A DNA stretch of 64,000 nt from Eledone cirrhosa (Eukaryota). The notes below the pieces were generated by a model, which worked only from the letters and a program-made list of their open reading frames with translations, was not told the origin of the DNA and did not search any database. Below are positions 9,924 through 22,718 of this stretch, piece after piece. Position 1 is the first letter of the stretch. Each line of letters opens with the position of its first letter. The DNA is taken from contig CAXHJY010000075.1 of the NCBI GenBank assembly GCA_964016885.1, positions 175,159-239,158 of the forward strand. The letters run 5' to 3'. Position numbers and translations under genes: made by a program.

Positions 9924-12900
9924 TTCTTTATTGGCCACAAGGGCTGACATCAAGAAAAAACATTACAGACGGCACAGGAAGGTACAGGACGGTACGATGT
10001 GGGTTTTGTACGTGTAAATATTTTTATTATTTATATAAGAAAAGAAAAGAAAAGGACATAGAAACATATATATATATAAACAATAAAAATGAAAATTGAA
10101 ACAATGAAAAATTCCCCAATAGGGGGGAAACCTCCGAGGGTTACTCGTGGCGAAAACCACACAAAAGACCACGGCCACCCTGACCACCAGGGCAAGCGCC
10201 CTCTCTCAATTTATCCATCTCTCAAACTACAGACGTATATTCAGAGTGGTCCCGTTCACTCGGACCATTCTCGCTACATTCACCCACCTTTCAACAAACT
10301 TGCTAGAAAGCAGCACTTGCCTCTCCACCCTGATTTTCCTCTTCAAGTGAAACTTGAAAAGGTTAATTAGGGATTCGCCGAAGAGGAAAGTGTCTGTCTT
10401 TAATCCTTTTAACCTTGTTCACCACACAACCTCTTTCGCCATGGCCACCAGGCAGATGGAAACCGCGCCTGCCCTTCCTCCTCGAAAGAAGACGGTGAGA
10501 CCATCTACACAATGGACTCAGTCGACAACCGGATCAGTCCTACACGCGACAGCAACTGTTCGACATAGCTCCACAAGTCAGCAATGCTCGGGCACTGAAC
10601 GAGTGCATGCACGACGGTTTCGTCGCTCTGCGCGCATCTCGAACAGGCTCCCCGGTAGCACTGCCAAGCCAGGGATTTTTGGAAGTTATCCATAGGTCCC
10701 GGGCTGAAAGTTCTCCGGAAGAGAGCAAACAGGTGATCTTCTTCGCGCCCAGGATCTCTCCAAGAATGTCGTCGCTCTTCCCCTCCACTAGTCCTCTATA
10801 GAACGCCGAGGTGGATGTTCCACCGATACTGGTGCCCAGCTGACAGAGGGCAGTGAGCGCCTGGAGACATTCCAGTTTCCAAGCGCTATCCCTCAGTCTT
10901 TTTCTGACCCAGGACTGCAGCTCCGTCAAGGAGACGAGCTGTGGGCAAACGTGCCTGGCGAACGGCGACCACACCTGTTCACCATCAAGGAAGCACCAGA
11001 GATGTCGCAGCCTCAGCGCATGTTTGCGCATCATCAGCCATGGCATGCCCAGACCTTCACACAACGGGTGTTGACAGCATATGGATCGTTTGACCATGGG
11101 AGCGCGTCCCTTCCACAAAAAGCGGAAGAGGAGGCGCTCCATTTTGGTGAGAGTTGGGCTGGAGCAAGGGACGGCCGTGAGGCGGTAGCAGATGACGGAT
11201 GCGATGTACGCATTCGCTACCTCTACCCGGCCTTTCAGTGACAGCTTCCTCTCGGCCTATTTCTGGGTGAGGGAGGCGACCCTGCTCGTCAACTCGCTCC
11301 GGTTTTTCTCCATCTGGAGGTCCGATCCGAACCAGAAACCGAGAAATTTAACCCGTACGTCCGTCCAACGCCCCACGACGCTGTCGGATGGCATGGACTT
11401 GCCTCACCAGGTGCCGAGCTGCAAGCCCACCGACTTTTCCTGGTTTATCTTTGTTCTTGTCACCGCTTCGTATTCCTTGAGAGCGGTGCCAAGTATCTGG
11501 ACGTGTCTGGTGCTCCACACCACCACGGTGACGTCGTCAGCGTAAGCCGACTCGGATTTCCCGCACCCTAGTTCGCGTGGGACGCCCCTCATCGCCCCCA
11601 GTTTGTGCAGTAACGGCTCGTGAGCCAATACGTATAAGAGGGACGAGAGGGGACAACCCTGGCGGACTGAGCGCATGATGCTGAACGGCTGCGACAGGTG
11701 ACCGTTCACCCTCACAACTGAGCAGATATCGCTGTACATTGCTGCGATCCAACCCCTGAAAACGGGTCGGAAACCGGCTGCCTCGAGGACCGCCGCCAGG
11801 TACCGATGGTCGACCCTATCAAATGCTTTGGATTGATTCAAGTTGATCAGGTCCCCACCCGTGCCAGGTTCCTTAACCACCCTCTCTATGATGTATCGCA
11901 TGAGGTGGAGGTTGTCGTGTATGGATCTGTCCGGAATGGCGCATGTCTGCGCCTCTCCCACCAGACCCTTGACGACAAGCACCAAACTCGTTGCTAACAC
12001 CTCGGCCAAAATCTTGAACTCTGCGTTTAGCAGGGTTATGGGCCTGAAATTATCGATAACATCCCCCTTGTTCGGGTCTTTTCTCAGCAGTGCCACTGCT
12101 CCCCGGCTCACAAAACTGGGAATGCTCCCGTTCTGCTGCCAGTTGCAGTAGACGTCTGCCAAGAGGTCACCGAACAAGTCTGGCATAAATGCATAAAGCT
12201 CGGGCAGACTATCTAAACCTGGCGATTTACCCCTCATGCAGTTAGCCGTATTTCACCGGCTGTATTTGGCTTTTCGCAACACTGTGCTGCGGTCGTCGAG
12301 AACCGAGGCAGTCCGTCGAGGTATGCACTGAAGTCCATACACCGATCCGGCCCGCCGCCGCTCCCGAACAGTTCAGCAAAGTGCTGTTGAAAAGCCTCAC
12401 ACATCTCCTCGGGTTCGAGCAACACGCACCCGTTTTGGTCAGAAAAAGACCGAATTGTGGCTTTGTTGCCACGTCGCGCCTCTGCCACCCGGGGCCATTG
12501 GACGGATTTCGTCCCATCGTGTTTCAGAGCACGCGCTCTAGCTCTGACAACGCACCCTTCGTGTTTTGTGTTGAAGAATTGATCGAGTGCCAATCTCGCC
12601 GCAAGCACGTCGGTTGCGATGCCTGTCCTAAACGCCTCTTCTAGCTTTCTGACCAGCTCTCTCTCTACTCTATTTTCCTCTATCGCTACTCCTTTGCTAA
12701 ACCTAATCGACTCTACTTTAATTGCTATTTTCAGGGCAAACCACCACCTGTTGTTGGCGACTGCTCCCGTCAACGCCCGCTTAACTAATACGCTAATCCG
12801 GTCTCTGTAGGCTTTGCGCGCCGGGAAAGACGCGTGCATCTTCCAGAAACCAGGTCCTTGTCTATGAAGTCTGTCTATGTCGATCTCACAGATCACAAAT

Positions 12901-15272
12901 TTGTGGTCTGTGTAGTCGACTATTTTAAATTGTGGACAACTTATACTAGCCTTATCTAGTTCCCTGCAGAATACCCTATCTAGATACAATCTGGATGACC
13001 CGACGCGGTTTGTCCATGTCCACATTGGCACATTCGGGTGATCCAGTCGATACCTGTCAGACAGTTCAAAACGTCTGAGCAGATTGGTGAGGCTCTTGCA
13101 CCCTCCTCCCCTATCCACTAGCCCCACACAATCCCAGCGTGCATCCAAGATACCGTTCCAGTCGCACACTAACACTAAAGAGCGGGACGTTCCAAGAGAG
13201 GTCTCTAGACGTCTAAAGACATCTGGCCGTCCTATCCCTGTCGGGGCATAGAGAGCTACTAGCCTGAAAGCGTTGCCTTCGGTGCCGTTCACGTCCAGCA
13301 CCACCGACTTACCTTCTTGGTCAAGGAAGATGGTCCGTATGGCGAGACCCAAGCCTTTCCGAAACAACACTGCCACTCCGCCCCCCGCTCCCGGACGGCT
13401 CGGAGATGCGTACACCTCGTAACCGTCGAAGATCGATGCGAAAGCTTGCGTTTCGGAGATTCTCGTCTCGCTGATGGCCACCACATCTATGTTTAGTGAC
13501 CTGAGGTCGTTAAGCAAGTGACCCTGCTTCCAAACCGAGCTCAAGCCACGCACGTTTACACTTCCGATCCTGAATACGGCCACGTTGGGTGAGGTACGGG
13601 GCAAGTGAGAAAGATCACTTACCTTGATCGTCTGGTGAAGGGACCGTTGAACCGTCCCTTCGGCTGGTCGTCGGGACTTCTGTGAGTATATCCGAGTATA
13701 CTCTCCGGTTGAGTGTCCCTCCTAGGTCTCTGAAATCACCAACTGCGTTGGGGAATTTCATTTTAATGTTAGTGTATTGTTTCTGTGATATTCTTACCAG
13801 TCTTATGTTCGTTTGTGTTTTGATTGGTGCTGGTATTATGTAGTCTTGCTTTGAAATGTCTGTGTGTTCAATTATGTAAGTCATTAGTTTCTTGTTGTGT
13901 GTATTTATTGCTGTGCATTTGTTTTTCTGGGGGTTGGGTGGGGTTCTGCTATTTTCTTGTCGTTGTTGCTGGTGTGTGTGTTTTGTTGTTGTGGTTGTGT
14001 TGTTGAAGGTGTTGTTGTGTTGGCGGTGGTGTTGCCGCCGGTGGTGATGGTAGTGCTAGTGTGGGTGGTGATGGTGTTGGTGGTCTTGTTGCTGTAAGCC
14101 TCTTTGCAGTAGCCTTCACCCTTTTTTCATCTCTTCCCTCTCTTTTCGAAGGCGACGATGTGCTGCTTCTGCGTTTGTGCCTTCTTGCGACCTTTTGCCA
14201 GCCCTCTCCCACCTCACACTTCATGTTCGATTCTGTGAGATCGGGGAGGGGTACCAGCTCCACTCTTTCACTTGTTCTTGTTGGTGATCGTTGCAGTGGA
14301 GTCTCTGTTGCAGCTGCAGTTGGTATTACTGTTGTTGTTGTTGATACTTCCACTGCTGCTGCTGTTCTTGATTTCCGTGGCGTGGGTATGGGTGCCACGG
14401 ACCTATCCTTCCTGCTTGCCGCCTGTCCTGTTGCTGGTAGCAGTGGAACCGGTTTCGGAAGGAGGAGGGTTTTCTCCTTTCTCACGGTCTTCTCATTGCA
14501 GAAGGCCCTGAGGTGAGTCTTCGACCCACAGCGAAAGCATTTCGGGCGTTTGCCCACAACACTTATGGGAAGTTCAGTGCCGTTATCGAAGTCTATCACA
14601 TCCGGGATAGCTTCGATAAACTCCTGGTTTCTTTGAATTAACATCTCAATGGAGGCGCCGACCCAATCTTCTCGTACTTTTTTCTGTACTTGCAGTACGG
14701 TTGTTTTGTCCTCGATTCCGACGAGGACAGACGCGGCCAGCCAAGAACGGGCCATCATGGGGAGACTTGGGTCACTTTGACCCTCACAATTTTGTGCCCG
14801 CAGTAGGAGGGCACCGACATCATTTCCTCGCTCCTTAGGGTCACTAAGGATTGAGCCGTTTCCTCCTGGGGTGTGACAAAAAGCACGTCCACGGTGGCAT
14901 ATTTCTTGCCTCGGGTGATATGCGTTTTCCGCTGCCACACAGACCCTAAGGTTTTTTGTATTTGAGCCTCTGTGGCTCTTTCAACCCTACGTGATTTTGT
15001 GCTTACTGTATGGTACGTGACCGTACAGTGCTGTTGGGTTTCGAAAAATTCTTCGGTTGCCTTACAGATTGCTCGGTGTCCGGGTTTCGTCACCATCTTC
15101 CTTGCTTCCTGTAATTCTTCATTTGTTATAAGGATGATTTCCAGATTCTTTGCGATACCTGCAAACGAGATTGGTTTTTCTTTCTTGTTGTTGTTGTCGT
15201 CAGTGCTGCTGTTACTTTTGTGGTTTCTGCTGCTACTACGACCGCCACTGCTTCTGTTGTTGTTGTTGTTGC

Positions 15273-15305
<33 letters not shown>

Positions 15306-15941
15306 TGTTGTTGTTGCTGTTGCTGCTGCTACTGTTGTTGTTTATACTGCTGCTGATGTTGTTGCGGCTGTTACTAGTATTTTTCTCGCCACTGTTGCTG
15401 CTGCTGCTTTTATTACGGCTGCTGCTGCTATTCTTCATGACGTCAGACGAATGAAATGGCCTTCCGTATTTACCGCACACATTTTTCGTCGTCGTCGTCG
15501 TGGAGAAGTGTTCCACGGCACGCGCATTCTCTTGATGAAGAACGCTACGAGAAACTACATTGTTTTTTTCTTTTTCTTTAATGGCGTCGCTTGCGAAAGA
15601 GGCGACACCACATTTAGAGAAGGGAGGGAGAGAGACAATCTTTTCTCTGACGTAATGACGATTGAGGAAGAAGGTGACGGAAAGAGTGGGAGTGACTTGT
15701 GAAAATTCTTTTTTGTAGCCATGTTTTTTTACGGTTTAAAATGAATATTGGGCACAAATCACCAATAACTGGTTATTTAACTCCGAAGGGCCAAATAACA
15801 GGCAGAAAGACCCCTCTCACGAGGAGGATGTCTTTATATACAATTTGGTTCAAATTTTAAACAATTTACAATTGTTATAACGGTTAAAAATTACAATATC
15901 TTACAGAGCAGAGCCTCCGTCAACCAAGGCATTCAGTAACC
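9924..15941 (-). mobile_element. L1/Tx1-clade copy C, diverged subfamily, full length but degraded
   Basis: ORF1 fragments (ATG ~15722; CFRCGSKTHLRAFC; Ser/Asn trinucleotide expansion 15250-15430), APE ORF 12234-13604, RT pieces 11404-12237 and 10540-11142, and a 3' end CCCTTGTGGCCAATAAAGAA(ATT)n. Confidence 0.9.
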
Positions 15942-15959
15942 AATAATAATAATAATGAT

Positions 15960-18900
15960 GCTTTCTTTATTAACCACAAGGGTTTACACAAAGTAAGACA
16001 TTAAGGACAGTACAGGACAATACAGCACGGTACAAATGAGCATTTCTGCGTGTCAAAAAAAATAACAGAGGATGTAACAAAAAAAGAAATAATGAAAAAT
16101 TCCCCAATAGTGGGGCGTTCGTTGAGAAAGCTCATTAAAAAGCCACGGTGACACTGACCACAAGGGCAAGTGCCCTCTCCCAGTTTTCCACGTTTAATTT
16201 ACAGGCACATACTCAGAGTAGGCCCATTCACTCGGGCCAGTCTTGCCTCTCTCACCCATCTTTCAACAAAATTCTGGGAAGGGAGCACTTCCCTCTCTAC
16301 CCTGATTTTCCTTTTCAAATGAAATTTGAAAAAGTTAATCAGAGCATCACCGAAGAGGTAAGTGCTCGTCTTCAGCCCTTTCAGACTCGTGCACCATACT
16401 ATCTCTTTCGCCATGGCCACCAAACAGATAAAAACAGCCTGCCCTTCCCGGCTGATAGCCGGATCCGTCCTACACGCGACAGCAGGTGTTCGACATAAAC
16501 CCAAAGTCATTAATGCTCGGACACTGGACGGTTTCGTCGCTCTGCACGCATCTCGGACATGCCCGGCTTCCGGTACTTCCATGCCTGTAGAGTTTATCCC
16601 GAACTGGCAAAGCTCCTCGGTAGCACTGCCAGGCCAGGGATTTCTGGAAGTTGTCCATAGGCTCCAGCCTGAAAGTTCTTCCGAAGAGATTGGCTAGTTG
16701 ATTTTCGTCGACGCCTAGAGTTTCCCCAAGTACGTCGTCGCTCTTACCCTCCACTGATCCTTTATAGAACGCCAAGGTGGAGTTTTCACCGATCATATTG
16801 CCCGCTTGAAGACTCCCTCTCGGTCTTCGCTTGACCCAGGACTGCAGCTCTGTTAAGGAGACGAGTGGGGAAAGACGCGTCTACAAACGGCGACCACACC
16901 TGATCACCGTCGAGGAAGAGGTGATGTCGTAGCCTGAGCGCGTGTCTGCGCATCATCAGCCACGGCATTCCCAGCCCTCCACGTAGCGGGTGTTGACAGA
17001 AGATGGACCGCCTGACCATCGGAGCGCGTCCCTTCCACAAAAAGCGAAAAAGCAAACGCTCCAGCGCAGTCAGGCGAGGCTTAGGACAAGGCACGATGAA
17101 CAGGCGGTAGTAGATGACGGACGCGATGTAAGCATTCGCCACCTCCACTCAACCTTTCAGGGATAGCTTCCTCTCTGCCCATTTCTGGGTGAGAGAAGCC
17201 TGCTCGTCACTTCGTCCCAGTTTTTGTCCGTCTGGAGGTCCGGACAGAACAAGACCCCTAGCAATTTAACCGGTCCGTCCAGCACCCGACAACGCTGTTG
17301 GACGGCATGGACCTCCCTCTCCAGGTGCCGAGCTGCAGGCCCACTGACTTTTCCTGGTTTATCATTTCTCACCGCTTCGTATTCTCTTAGTGTAGAGCCG
17401 ATTGCCTCGATGTGTTTGGCGTTCGACACCACTACGGTGACATCGTCCGCATATGCTGACACGGACCTTCCGCATCCAAGGTCGCGCGTGACCCCGCTCA
17501 ACGTCTCCAGTTTGTGCAGTAATGGCTCGAGAGTCAATACGTACAAAAGGGATGAGAGGGGACATCCTTGGCATCGAGCGCATGATGTTGAACAGTTCCG
17601 AAAGGTGACCGTTGACTCTCACCACAGAGCAGATGTCGTTGTGCATGGCAGCGATCCAGCCTCTGAAGACGGGCCCAAAGCCAGCCGCCCTCAGGTCTGC
17701 CACCAGATAACGATTGTCGACCCGATCGAAAGCTTTCGACTGATCTAAATTGATCAAGGACCCGCCCGTGCCAGGTTCCCTAGCTACCCTCTCCACGATG
17801 TATCGCATGAGGAGGAGGTTGTCGTGGATGGATCTGTCGGGAATGGTGCACGTCTGCGCCTCTCCCACCAGACCACCAACTACAAGCGCCAACCTCTTTG
17901 CTAGCACCTTGGCCAAAATCTTGAACTCTGTGTTTAGCAGAGTTATAGGCCTGAAATTATCTATGTTATCCCCTTGTTCGGATCCTTTCTCAGCAGCGCA
18001 ACAGCTCCTCGTCTCACAGAGCTGGGAATTCTCCCGTGCTGTTGCCAGTTGCAGTAGATGTCCACAAAGAAGCTTCCTAAAAAGTCTGGCATCAGTACGT
18101 AAAGAGCGATTTACCCCTTGTGCAGCCAGTCATTGCCTCCCGTACTTCAGCGGCTGTTATCGGCTTTTCGCAACACTCCAGCTCAATGGCCGAGAGCCGC
18201 GGCAGTCCGTCGAGGTAGGCACTAAAGTCCATCCCTTGATCCGGCCCGCCGCTGCCCCCGAACATGTGAGAGAAGTGTCGCTGAAAAGCTTCACACATTT
18301 TCCCGAGATCGAGTAGCATGCGCCCGTCGTGGTCCACCAAAGACCGGATCGAGGCTTTGTTGCCACGACGCGCCTCCGCCACTCGGGCCCATTGAACAGC
18401 TTTCGTCCCCTCGTGTCTGATAGCACGCATTCTAGCTCTGACAACGCAGCCTTCGTGCTTTGCATTGAAGAATTGGTCAAGGGCCAATTTCGCCGCAAGC
18501 ATGTCGGTCACGATGCCTTTGCTGAGCGCCTCGTCTAATTTTCTAACTAGTTCTCCCTCTGCTCTATTTTTCTCTATTGCTAAAGCCTTACTAAACCTAA
18601 TGAACTCTATTCTAAACGCTCTTTTCAGAGCAAACCACCACTTGTTGTTGACGATGGCCCCCTTCAACGCCCGCTTAACTAGTTTGCTAATCCGGTCTCT
18701 GTAGGCCTTGCGCGCTGTTAATGACGCGTTTAGCTTCCAGTAGCCGGGTCTCTGTCTATGAAGCTTATCTAAGTCAACCTTACAGATCACGAATTTGTGG
18801 TCCGTGTAGTCGACTATTCTGAAATGTGGACAGCCTAAGCTAGACCTATCTATTTCCCTACAAAATACCCTATCTAGATATGATCTGGATGACCCGATAC

Positions 18901-21711
18901 GGTTTGTCCATGTCCACATTGGCACATTCGGCAAATCCTGACGGTACCTGTCAGACAGTTGAAACCGTTTGAGTAGGTTTGCGTGGCTTTTACACCCTCC
19001 TCCCCTATCCGTAATCCCACACAGTCCCAGCGTGCATCTAAGATCCCGTTCCAGTCGCCCACTAACACTAAAGGGCGGGACGTTCCAAGAAAAGTCTCCA
19101 GACTCCGGAAGAAATCAGGCCGCCCTGCTCCTGTCGGGGCATATGCGGTCACTAGCCTGAAAGCTTGTCAGTCTCCACTGGTCGCGTCCACCAACTTACC
19201 TTCTGGGTCAGGAAGATGGCCCGTATGGCGAGATCCAAGCCTCTCCGAAAAAGCACAGCAACCCCTCGCCCCGATCCTGGACGGCTGGGAGATGCGTATA
19301 CATTGTAGCTGCCGAAGATCGGTGCGAAGGCTCGTGCTTCGGAGATTCTGGTCTCGCTGATGGCAACCACATCTATGTTTAGTGACCTGAGGTCGTTGAG
19401 CAGGTGACCCTGCTCCCATGACGACTCCGGGTCACGCGCATTTAAGCTGCCTATTCTGAGTGAGTTCATGTTGAAAAGGAGTGAAAAAAAGATGGGAAAG
19501 ACCACTTCCCTCTCTTCTTCTGGAGGAAGGATGGTTTTTCCGTCCTTCTCACTGTTTGTGGGCCCTCTCCGGAAGGATGTCTTTATAAATCCTCCCGGAG
19601 AGTGTTTGTCGGAAGTCTCCGATGTCCTTGGGTAATTTTGATTTTAATTTTAGCGTCGTGTACGTTTTCTGTGTGATGCAAGTGATTTGTATGTGTGGAG
19701 TTTGTGTGAATTTTTGGCGTGTTGTGTAGTCTTTTTCTGTGATGCTGGTGTGTTGTTGGATGTAGTGTAATAATTGGTTGTTCAAATTTAATGCTGTGTA
19801 GTGTGTATCGTTTTGGTTGTTTTCTTTTGTTTGGGTTTGTTGTGGCTTTGTTTCTATTTCGCTTGTTGGTGGTTTTTGTGGTGTTGGTGATGGTGTTGGT
19901 GTTTGTGGTGATGGGGTTGGTGATGCTGGTGTGGGTGGTGACATAGCCGTGACTAACTGTTTCGTTAGTTTGTTTGTTTCGCCCTGCATTTTGTTTTTGG
20001 AGAGCGAAGGAAGAGGATTTTTCCTTGTTTGGTTTCTTTTTCTTTTCTTTTTTCCAGATACAGTTTCCCACTCCTCCTCGTCGTTACAATCTGTCTCCAG
20101 TTGCGAGAGGTCAGGGAGTGGAAAATCCTCCTCAGGCGTTGGTTTCGGTTGTGGCGTGGTGGATGGTGGAGGCGCTGGTGCTAGTTCTGGTGCGGTTGGT
20201 GGTGGTGGTGTTGGTTTTGCTACTGTTGCTGCTACAGGTGCTGGTGTTGTTGCTGATACAGCTGCTTCTGTTGTTGCTGCTACAGTTGTTGCTGCCATTT
20301 CTGCTGCTGGTTTTAGAGGTGACCTCAACTTTTTAGTCTGAGGGCAGAAAGCCTTTAGGTGGGTTCCTTCGTCACAAACGACACACCTAGGCCTTCTACC
20401 CTCAACGATTACTGTGAGTTGGCTGCCGTCATTGCGGTCTATCACCTCTGGAATTTCCTGTATGTTTTTTTTGTCCGCTTGGATCAGGAGCTCCATCCCA
20501 GATCCGGGCCAGTTCTCCTGCTTTACTTTTATCACCTCAATTACTTTAGTGTCGGTCTCGATGTCGGCGAGGACGGCAGCAATTAGCCAGGGAATTTCAA
20601 TGGCTGGCGGAACCTGGGTCACCCCGATCCTCACCAGCCTCTGACCACAATAGCTTGGGACGAGTGGGAACTCGTCACTTTTTAATGGGGCCATGTAGTG
20701 CTCTCTAGCTTCCTGTGGGGTTCCAAAGAACACGTCCACGGTTCGATATTTTTGCCCACGTCTGATGTGGGTTTTTTTGAGCCCACACATGTCCCAAAGC
20801 TTTTTGTATCTTGTACTCGGATGTCCGTTCCACTAGGCGCGTTTTAATATTTATCGTCCGATATGACACGGTGCATAGGCGCCGATGGTATTAGATGGGG
20901 GGGGGGCTGACCCAGTAACCATATATTTTTTACCTGCGTTTGGCTTCATTCAATTCTTCCCGGCTTACCTCCACCGTTTCATTTTTGTTTGTCGCTTTAG
21001 CAAACGACACACTTGGGTTTGCGCTGGTGTTGACGTTGTTGTTTTTGTATTTCTTATTGTTGCTGTTGTTGTTATTGTTATTTTTGTTATTATTATTTTT
21101 AGTTTCAGTTGTGGTGGTGGTGGTGGTGGTGTCAGTGGCGTTTGGTGTGGAAGAGTCGATTTCGGAGAATCCATTTCGATATCACAAGAAAATAATTTAT
21201 TTTTTGTTTCAGTTGTTGCTGTTCTTTTTGACATTGTGGTGGTGGGGATGGCGGCTTTAACACCTGTAGACGTTGGTAATGGCAGGAAATCCATATTTGT
21301 ATGTGACAAATCTAAATAATTGCCATTTTTGGTGTTGGCATTTTTTTCTGTTTTCTGTATTTTGGTTGTCGCTGTTATTGTTGGAGTTGGTGTGGTAATT
21401 TTTTTTAAATTAGTGTTCTCAGTGTTTGTTCACGTTGTTTGTGGTGGTGTTTGTTGTACCAATTTTTGTAATCCTCCTTTCAACTTTTACGCCGTTGTCA
21501 CATGACAGCAGACATATTGTTGTGGGGCGTGGCTCAGCCATGTTTTTTTTATTTTTTAAAAGTAAAATGTTCAAATATTGCGGCCAAAAGGCCCAAATAT
21601 TATACTTTCCCCTTCACAGGGAAAAGACCAAGGGCTTATACAAGAAAAATTAAACAACAAATAATTATAACAGGTAAATAAAGCGACTTACAGGGAGCGA
21701 GCAAAAAGACC
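15960..21711 (-). mobile_element. L1/Tx1-clade copy D, A-like ORF2 with a different 5' end, degraded
   Basis: ORF1 ATG ~21541 and ORF 19549-20790; many frameshifted ORF2 fragments over 16199-19470 (GDWN, DQSKAFDRV, YADD). Confidence 0.9.
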
Positions 21712-22216
21712 AATAATAATAATAATATATGGGAGTTCATTAAAATGAAGCACACATGATCAAATCACATTACATTGCCTTATATGGTATTTATTAAATC
21801 AAATTATTTTCCTTGTAACAAAATATACCTAAAATATATCTAAAATGTAGTTCCAACAATAATTTTGTATATAACAAAACATGTATGAGACTTATGCTAT
21901 GCAATCCCAGTGGGAACTATGCTTAATTCCATATAGTTTATATAGAATGGTATTAACAAGTTCTGATTCCTTGTGTTAGAAATGATACGAACGTAAACGT
22001 CAAAAATGACAGATATTGCCAAATAATTTTTTTTAAATCTAGAGACTTGCTGTTACATATTACATTTTGATCTTAAATTAAGCTAAATGTAGAAAGCAAT
22101 TTTGATTAATTAAGAACTAATATTGTTGTAAAATTATAAGAACAAATTAAATTAATCAACTGCATCATGACAACACAGACCTAGTGGGCATTAATTCAAT
22201 AGTAAAGCACTAATGA

Positions 22217-22350
22217 GAAGGCTTAGTGGTTAGAGCATTGCAATCGGACTGGGTGATGTATTGTTTCCTTAAGCAAGACACTTTATTTCACATTGCTCCA
22301 GTTTACTTAGCTGTAGAAATGAGATGATAGGACTGGGGTCCCTATCATTA
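22217..22350 (+). mobile_element. tRNA-derived SINE family 2, partial
   Basis: GGCTTAGTGGTTAGAGC head and CCTTAAGCAAGACACTTTATTTCAC core; matches 54031-54380. Confidence 0.7.
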
Positions 22351-22559
22351 AAATTACCCAAGACACCTCCAACGAGATATACCTTGGAGCAGGCCAGCTA
22401 AACTTGCATAGGTGTGAGCTGTCACACACACAAATGAGAAGAAATTGACATAGTCGTTAGAAGGTCTGACTTACGATTGTAACGTCGTGGGTTCGATTGT
22501 TAATTAACAGTATAGTGTGGTGGCGCAGAGCCTGGTGATAAGTATATTGAACTTACGGT

Positions 22560-22690
22560 CATAACGCCATAGGTTGGATTCTTAATCAACAGTCTGGCAC
22601 TCTATTCTCTAACTTCCAATCCCGCCGAGGTCAACTTTGCCTCTCATCAATTAGAGGTTGATAAGAAAAAGTACCAGTATAGTACCGCTA
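22560..22690 (+). mobile_element. Degenerate SINE family 1 fragment preceded by degenerate tRNA-like heads
   Basis: CCCGCCGAGGTCAACTTTGCCTCTCATC..GATAAGAAAAAGTACCAGT. Confidence 0.55.
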
Positions 22691-22718
22691 CGACTCCCTC
22701 GGGAGCTATGGATCCATG

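Noticed and set aside
741-20644. Recurrent plus-strand ORFs (e.g. 1684-2193, 7606-8115) as antisense genes
   Set aside because: They are codon-register shadows of ORF2 and recur only because the elements are homologous.
425-21711. LTR retrotransposon or segmental duplication explanation for the array
   Set aside because: No integrase, protease, RNase H or LTRs. The repeated ends are the UTRs of separate LINE copies that differ in subfamily and decay.
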